Source: Vulcanimicrobiota bacterium
GTDB taxonomy: Bacteria > Vulcanimicrobiota > Vulcanimicrobiia > Vulcanimicrobiales > Vulcanimicrobiaceae
Reading direction: 5' to 3'
NCBI GenBank assembly: GCA_013044185.1
Contig: JABEUX010000022.1
Coordinates: 1 to 46,571, forward strand
Length of the DNA: 46,571 bases
The notes below the pieces were generated by a model. The model was given only the letters and a program-made list of their open reading frames with translations, was not told the origin of the DNA and ran no database searches. Shown here piece by piece: positions 43,472 through 46,571 of this stretch. A program made the position numbers and the translations under genes. Each line of letters begins with the position of its first letter. Within the stretch, counting starts at the first letter, position 1.

Positions 43472-45577
43472 ATGCCCTTCTCGAAATGGACGGTCGTTGT
43501 CGTGGTGACGGCGCTCCTCGTTACCCTGAGTTCGGTCGCCGCGCGCGCCGATTCGCTCCCGGTGCTTCAGGTACCGATGCTCGCTCGCGAGCCGGCGATC
43601 GCCGGGCGGGTGGACGCGAGTTGGCACGGGGCCGCGCGGATCCGGCTGCGATACGACTTTACCAATCGGCGACGAGCCGCGCACCCGCCGATCGCGTACG
43701 TGGCACAGGATGCCGGAGGGCTCGATATCGCGTTCGTCGTCACGCAGCATTCGCCGGTGATCGCATCGACGCTGAGCGACGGCCCCGGAGTCTTCGGAGA
43801 CGACAACGTGCAGGTCTCGCTCAATCCCCAGGGCGTCCAGGGCTTTTCCTATCAATTTATCGCCAACGCACGCGGCGCGCGCTTTCAAAGTTCCTCCGAA
43901 AACAGCGCGTATACGCCGCACTGGCAGGCGGCGAGTCGCATTACGAAAACGGGCTACGTCGTCACCATGCACGTGCCGTTCGCTATTGTACGCACCGGCG
44001 GCTCGCATCTCTGGAAAGCTCAGTTTCAACGCTTTGCAGTACGCAGTAATGTCAGCGATATTTGGAGTTACGATCCGAACGCGACGAACGCGTTCGATTC
44101 CCTCTACGCGGGTACGCTCGACGGCGTAAACCCGACGGGTACCCACGGTGCGGGCTCCAGCCGTCCGGCTCCGCGGTTCCAACCTTATCTCCTCGGGATC
44201 GCTCGCTCCGGCGCCGCAGGTGGTTCGACCTCACAGATCGGGCTCGATATGGCGGTGCCGATTACCCCGACGGCCTCCTTCGTGGGGTCGTTTCATCCCG
44301 ATTACTCGAACGTTGAAACCGACCAGCAGACGATATCGCCGACGGCGTTCCCGCGGCAATACCAGGAAGTGCGGCCGTTTTTCACCCAGGTCGGGAATGC
44401 GTTCAATTACACGCTCGGCTGTCAAAATTGCCCGCAGACGCTCTACACGCCGGCGATTCCAACTTTTCGACAGGGGTACGGCGTCGAAGGAACGCAGGGC
44501 CCGCTTACGTTTGCCGGGTTCGATGCCGTCGGCGCTCAACGAAGCGATCTCGCCGACGTTCTGAATTTCGCACACTCCACTACTAGCGGAACCGAGCAAG
44601 TCGATCTGCAGCGGGTCACGGTAAATACGCCGGCACTCCTCGATAACACGAGCTCGATCAATGGTGGCTACTTTAGCGCGCACGGGCATTGGTTTGCGTA
44701 CGCGAATTACGCGCGCGAAAACGGTACGTTCGTCACCGATCCCAGCCAGGCCCATTATGGTGAAATCGGAGCGGGGGTTAAAACGGCGAATACCGTGTTC
44801 GTATTGGCGCATCAATTCGTCGGTTCGCAGTTCAATCCGGTCGATGGATACGTACAGCAAAGCGATATCGGTGGTTACATTTCGTATATGCAGCATACAT
44901 TTCATTTTTCACCGAGTTCGAAGCTGCTCGATCTCTCCGTTAACTTCAACGATGCGCGTTTTTGGAACCATCTATCACAGCCGGCGCAGAGTAACGCCGG
45001 AGATCAAGTGAACGTCGATTTTAAAAATCTCTGGTCGGTCCATCTCTTCCAACAGAGCACGTTCGTTCTGGCCTCCGATGGGGAGTATCTCCCATTTAGC
45101 GTCGGTAACGGTGCCTTCGTCGGCTACAACCTCAACTCCAACTACGGCAAGGGATTGGCGTATGGCGAGGGGCCTTACTATCACGGCCAGGCGGCGAATT
45201 GGCAGTTGTTCGATACGATGCCGATCCGGCGTCGGCTCAGCTTCTCGCTGAATCTGAACGAAAATATCTACCACTCGCACCTCGCAACCGAACCGTCGTT
45301 TCGGGAATGGCTGAACAGTGCGAGTTTCAATTGGCAATTCTCGCGCGATGCCTCGTTTTCGCTCGGCGCTCGGCGCATCAACGGGATCGATCTGCCCACC
45401 TCGTATTTTGCGCCAACCTTTACCCCCGTCTTCGCCAATAACCTCAGCGCGGCGTTTCACTACCTCCACGGGCACAACGAGTTCTATCTCGTCTACGGCG
45501 ATCCCAATTCGCTGAGTACCACGCCGGCAGTCTTTTTTAAGTGGATCTTCTACGCGGGGGCTGAAAAGGGAACGTGA
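43472..45577 (+). CDS. Secreted CBM9/DOMON-like domain protein with a large beta-rich C-terminal (DUF5916-like) domain
   Basis: Signal peptide MPFSKWTVVVVVTALLVTLSSVAARA. CBM9-like N-domain: IAGRVDASW...FGDDNVQVSLNPQG...YQF..N.RG......SENSAYTPHW......T..GY.VTMHVPF.I.R.....W.AQF.RF. The remaining ~470 aa have an alternating aromatic/polar, barrel-like pattern. Confidence 0.6.
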   Translation: MPFSKWTVVVVVTALLVTLSSVAARADSLPVLQVPMLAREPAIAGRVDASWHGAARIRLRYDFTNRRRAAHPPIAYVAQDAGGLDIAFVVTQHSPVIASTLSDGPGVFGDDNVQVSLNPQGVQGFSYQFIANARGARFQSSSENSAYTPHWQAASRITKTGYVVTMHVPFAIVRTGGSHLWKAQFQRFAVRSNVSDIWSYDPNATNAFDSLYAGTLDGVNPTGTHGAGSSRPAPRFQPYLLGIARSGAAGGSTSQIGLDMAVPITPTASFVGSFHPDYSNVETDQQTISPTAFPRQYQEVRPFFTQVGNAFNYTLGCQNCPQTLYTPAIPTFRQGYGVEGTQGPLTFAGFDAVGAQRSDLADVLNFAHSTTSGTEQVDLQRVTVNTPALLDNTSSINGGYFSAHGHWFAYANYARENGTFVTDPSQAHYGEIGAGVKTANTVFVLAHQFVGSQFNPVDGYVQQSDIGGYISYMQHTFHFSPSSKLLDLSVNFNDARFWNHLSQPAQSNAGDQVNVDFKNLWSVHLFQQSTFVLASDGEYLPFSVGNGAFVGYNLNSNYGKGLAYGEGPYYHGQAANWQLFDTMPIRRRLSFSLNLNENIYHSHLATEPSFREWLNSASFNWQFSRDASFSLGARRINGIDLPTSYFAPTFTPVFANNLSAAFHYLHGHNEFYLVYGDPNSLSTTPAVFFKWIFYAGAEKGT

Positions 45578-45600
45578 AATCAGGGTGGAAGCGAAGCCCG

Positions 45601-46571
45601 ATGCGACGCTTTACCATGGCCGGCGCGCTTTTCGTGCTCGGCACTCTTTGCTCTTCGCTAGGTGTCGCTGCGGCGACGTTACCGCAGATACACGTCCCGA
45701 CGCTCGCCAAAGAACCATCGATGCATGCGCGGATCGATGCGAGCTGGAAGGGCGCAGCCCGCATCGTCTTGCAATACGATTTCACCAATCGCCGCCGGGT
45801 GTCGCACCCTACCGTCGTCTATGTCGCGCAGGATTCGCAAGGCCTCGATTTTGCGTTTCGGGTCCGTCAGCGCTCCCGAGTCGCCGCCTCTACGGTGAGT
45901 AACGGCTCGGCAATCTTCGGTGACGATAGCGTCCAGGTCTCACTCGAGCCACAGGGGGTTCAGGGTTTCGCCTACCAGTTCTCGGCGAACCCGCGTGGAG
46001 CGCACTACCAAACCTCGAGCGAAAACAGCGCCTATACGCCGCATTGGCTCTCGCGTGGAAGAATTACCAAGAACGGCTACACGGTAACGATGCACGTACC
46101 GTTTCATATCATTCGCTCCGGCGGCTCGCATTCGTGGAGGGCGCAGTTCGCGCGCTTCAATCTCAAAACGAACAGCGTTCAAGTGTGGAGCTACGACGCC
46201 GTAGCAACCTCGCCGACCGCGGCGATTTATTCGGGGACCCTGACCGGCGTTGCCACCGGATCCGGCAAAAAGACAAAATCGACGCGCCCCAAAGCGCGCT
46301 TTCAGCCCTATCTTCTGGGGGTCGGGCGCTCCGGCGCAGCGGGCGGTTCGACCTCGCAGATGGGGCTCGATATGGCGGTGCCGATTACGCCGACGGCATC
46401 GTTCGTGGGCTCGTTTCATCCCGATTACTCCAACGTCGAGACCGATCAGCAGACGATCTCGCCGACGGCGTTCCCGCGCCAATATCAGGAAGTTCGCCCA
46501 TTTTTCACGCAGGTGGGGAATGCGTTTAATGCCGTTTTTTCCTGTGCACTTTCGTGCCCGTCGCTCCTCTA
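45601..46571 (+). CDS. Second CBM9/DUF5916-like paralogue. Only the 5' part is in the window.
   Basis: Own translation from the ATG at 45601 gives MRRFTMAGALFVLGTLCSSLGVAAATLPQIHVPTLAKEPSMHARIDASWKGAARIVLQYDFTNRRR.... It is collinear with the upstream paralogue and open to the window end, so it is absent from the ORF track. Confidence 0.7.
   Translation, partial: MRRFTMAGALFVLGTLCSSLGVAAATLPQIHVPTLAKEPSMHARIDASWKGAARIVLQYDFTNRRRVSHPTVVYVAQDSQGLDFAFRVRQRSRVAASTVSNGSAIFGDDSVQVSLEPQGVQGFAYQFSANPRGAHYQTSSENSAYTPHWLSRGRITKNGYTVTMHVPFHIIRSGGSHSWRAQFARFNLKTNSVQVWSYDAVATSPTAAIYSGTLTGVATGSGKKTKSTRPKARFQPYLLGVGRSGAAGGSTSQMGLDMAVPITPTASFVGSFHPDYSNVETDQQTISPTAFPRQYQEVRPFFTQVGNAFNAVFSCALSCPSLL

Noticed and set aside
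44219-44407. The near-identical protein block shared with 46340-46528, considered as evidence of recent gene conversion or an assembly duplication.
   Set aside because: The DNA copies differ at many synonymous positions, which is incompatible with recent conversion or a collapsed repeat. I reinterpreted the block as being under purifying selection (see findings).

Overview
Densely coding, high-GC bacterial chromosome segment of about 44 genes. I found no rRNA, tRNA or CRISPR array. All family calls rest on motifs read from the translations; no database search was possible.

Left to right:
- (1) Minus-strand envelope cluster: M48 protease, DUF697-like protein, MOSC protein, and the start of a prepilin-type protein that runs off the left edge.
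- (2) Eight-gene, tightly packed plus-strand morphogenesis operon: minC-minD-minD'-minE-alkB-like-rodA-LRR-GT2. Five of its junctions are 4-nt start/stop overlaps.
- (3) RNase E/G gene with a long basic disordered tail.
- (4) Minus-strand divisome-hydrolase operon: ftsE-ftsX-(receiver-GGDDF regulator)-M23 EnvC-like-two S41 Ctp peptidases.
- (5) Housekeeping genes: acyl-CoA dehydrogenase, secreted peroxiredoxin, rmuC, dienelactone hydrolase.
- (6) LysR-controlled periplasmic sulfur-type cluster: solute-binding protein, unknown secreted protein, TsdA-like dihaem cytochrome c, YeiH-type exporter.
- (7) ABC-F ATPase gene whose 5' end is duplicated 2992 nt away. The two copies bracket an AT-richer 2.9-kb islet holding two ORFans and a decayed DDE transposase.
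- (8) A 1411-aa all-in-one E2o-E1o 2-oxoglutarate dehydrogenase fusion.
- (9) SDR, a GH1 glycosidase split by a permuted solute-binding domain, LOG, a copper-amine-oxidase-N-domain protein, and SUI1/YciH.
- (10) Two tandem CBM9/DUF5916-like envelope proteins, the second running off the right edge.

The most interesting items are the repeat-bracketed islet and its Cys/Gly-rich lipoprotein plus partner, the GH1::SBP chimera, the lipoyl-bearing E2-E1 fusion, the tandem MinD pair, and the GGDDF response regulator embedded in the FtsEX-EnvC-Ctp operon. I cannot show that any of these is a genuinely new system without searches.

Many long ORFs in the track are antisense shadows typical of high-GC DNA and were discarded.
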